Below are positions 63,427-64,000 of a stretch of 64,000 nt of DNA, piece after piece. Within the stretch, counting starts at the first letter, position 1, and each line of letters starts with the position of its first letter. The stretch is from Paraphysomonas bandaiensis. Taxonomy: Eukaryota > Protista > Chrysophyceae. Below the pieces are notes generated by a model. That model was not told where the DNA came from. It did not search any database and worked only from the letters and a program-made list of their open reading frames with translations. The position numbers and the translations under genes were made by a program. The DNA is taken from assembly GCA_965644295.1 (NCBI GenBank), contig CBFFRP010000065.1:62001-126000 (forward strand), given 5' to 3'.

Positions 63427-63864
63427 CTGAAGAAATGTTTCAAGATATAAGTCACGAGGAATAATGCACTAAATTTGAGATGATATATCAATCCTGTATG
63501 TTAACAGGACGGTCCAGCAAATATTACGCTGGTAAGTTTATTTACAAGGAGTTATGAATTGCTGCTGGCTGCTGGCTGCTGGCTGTGTGATGCTATCACG
63601 TCAATAGGGAGTCAGATGAACACATACTGCTGTAATGTACACTCTACTATACACTACTGTATCCGTCCACCGGTGAGTGTGTGTGGTGTGCTGTATACGG
63701 ATGGTAGATGGTAGGTATACATGGGTGTATGTTGAGATGACTGGCATATGGGGAGTGCTATATTCTGTGTATACAGTGCTGTATACAGTGCTGTATATCT
63801 CCATATCATGATCATATATGCTACTTGCATATCGCGTTAGTCGCATGAAGCAGTAGCAAGAACG

Positions 63865-64000
63865 ATGCGGTATAGCAGTGTCATAGCTCTCCTGATATCA
63901 GGAATTCTGTCGGTGAGTGTCTCATGTGCTGGGGTTTGCAGCAAGGGGTCCATTGCAGTGTTTGGTGGAACAGGAAAGTTAGGCAGCGAATGTGTGTTTC
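63865..64000 (+). CDS. 5' part of an NAD(P)-binding Rossmann-fold protein (flavin reductase/BLVRB-like) with signal peptide; truncated by window end
   Basis: MRYSSVIALLISGILSVSVSCAG...SIAVFGGTGKLGSECVF (GxxGxxG). Confidence 0.75.
   Translation, partial: MRYSSVIALLISGILSVSVSCAGVCSKGSIAVFGGTGKLGSECVF

Overview
Gene-dense eukaryotic DNA with many short (~45-60 nt) GT-AG introns. Gene content and style suggest a stramenopile, possibly a chrysophyte (inference). Host genes reconstructed by hand from splice sites: dynactin p25, a four-domain EEEE voltage-gated Ca2+ channel, a choline-transporter-like protein, a ~5000-aa fibrocystin-L-like surface protein, an ankyrin/Rdx protein, a pectinacetylesterase/Notum-like + ABCG fusion, Rab GDI, a truncated PDI, a TMEM181-like + lipase-3 fusion, a small Cys-rich membrane protein, a DRAM/Frag1 protein, mitoribosomal mS34 and the 5' end of a Rossmann-fold gene. 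Mobile DNA: a very young full-length Ty1/copia element (293-bp LTRs, 1 mismatch, TTACT TSD, one internal frameshift) that appears nested in an older copia relic, two more relics of that older family, and a 529-bp TG...CA TIR element with a 5-bp TSD. The most unusual items are (i) a fusion of an apparently dead Notum/PAE ectodomain to an apparently dead ABCG ATPase (candidate receptor), (ii) a DEP domain inside the II-III linker of the Ca2+ channel, (iii) a TMEM181/Wntless-like domain fused to an intact lipase, and (iv) a PDI whose first catalytic domain is replaced by a Gly/Tyr low-complexity region. All domain calls come from motif recognition by eye, with no database searches.
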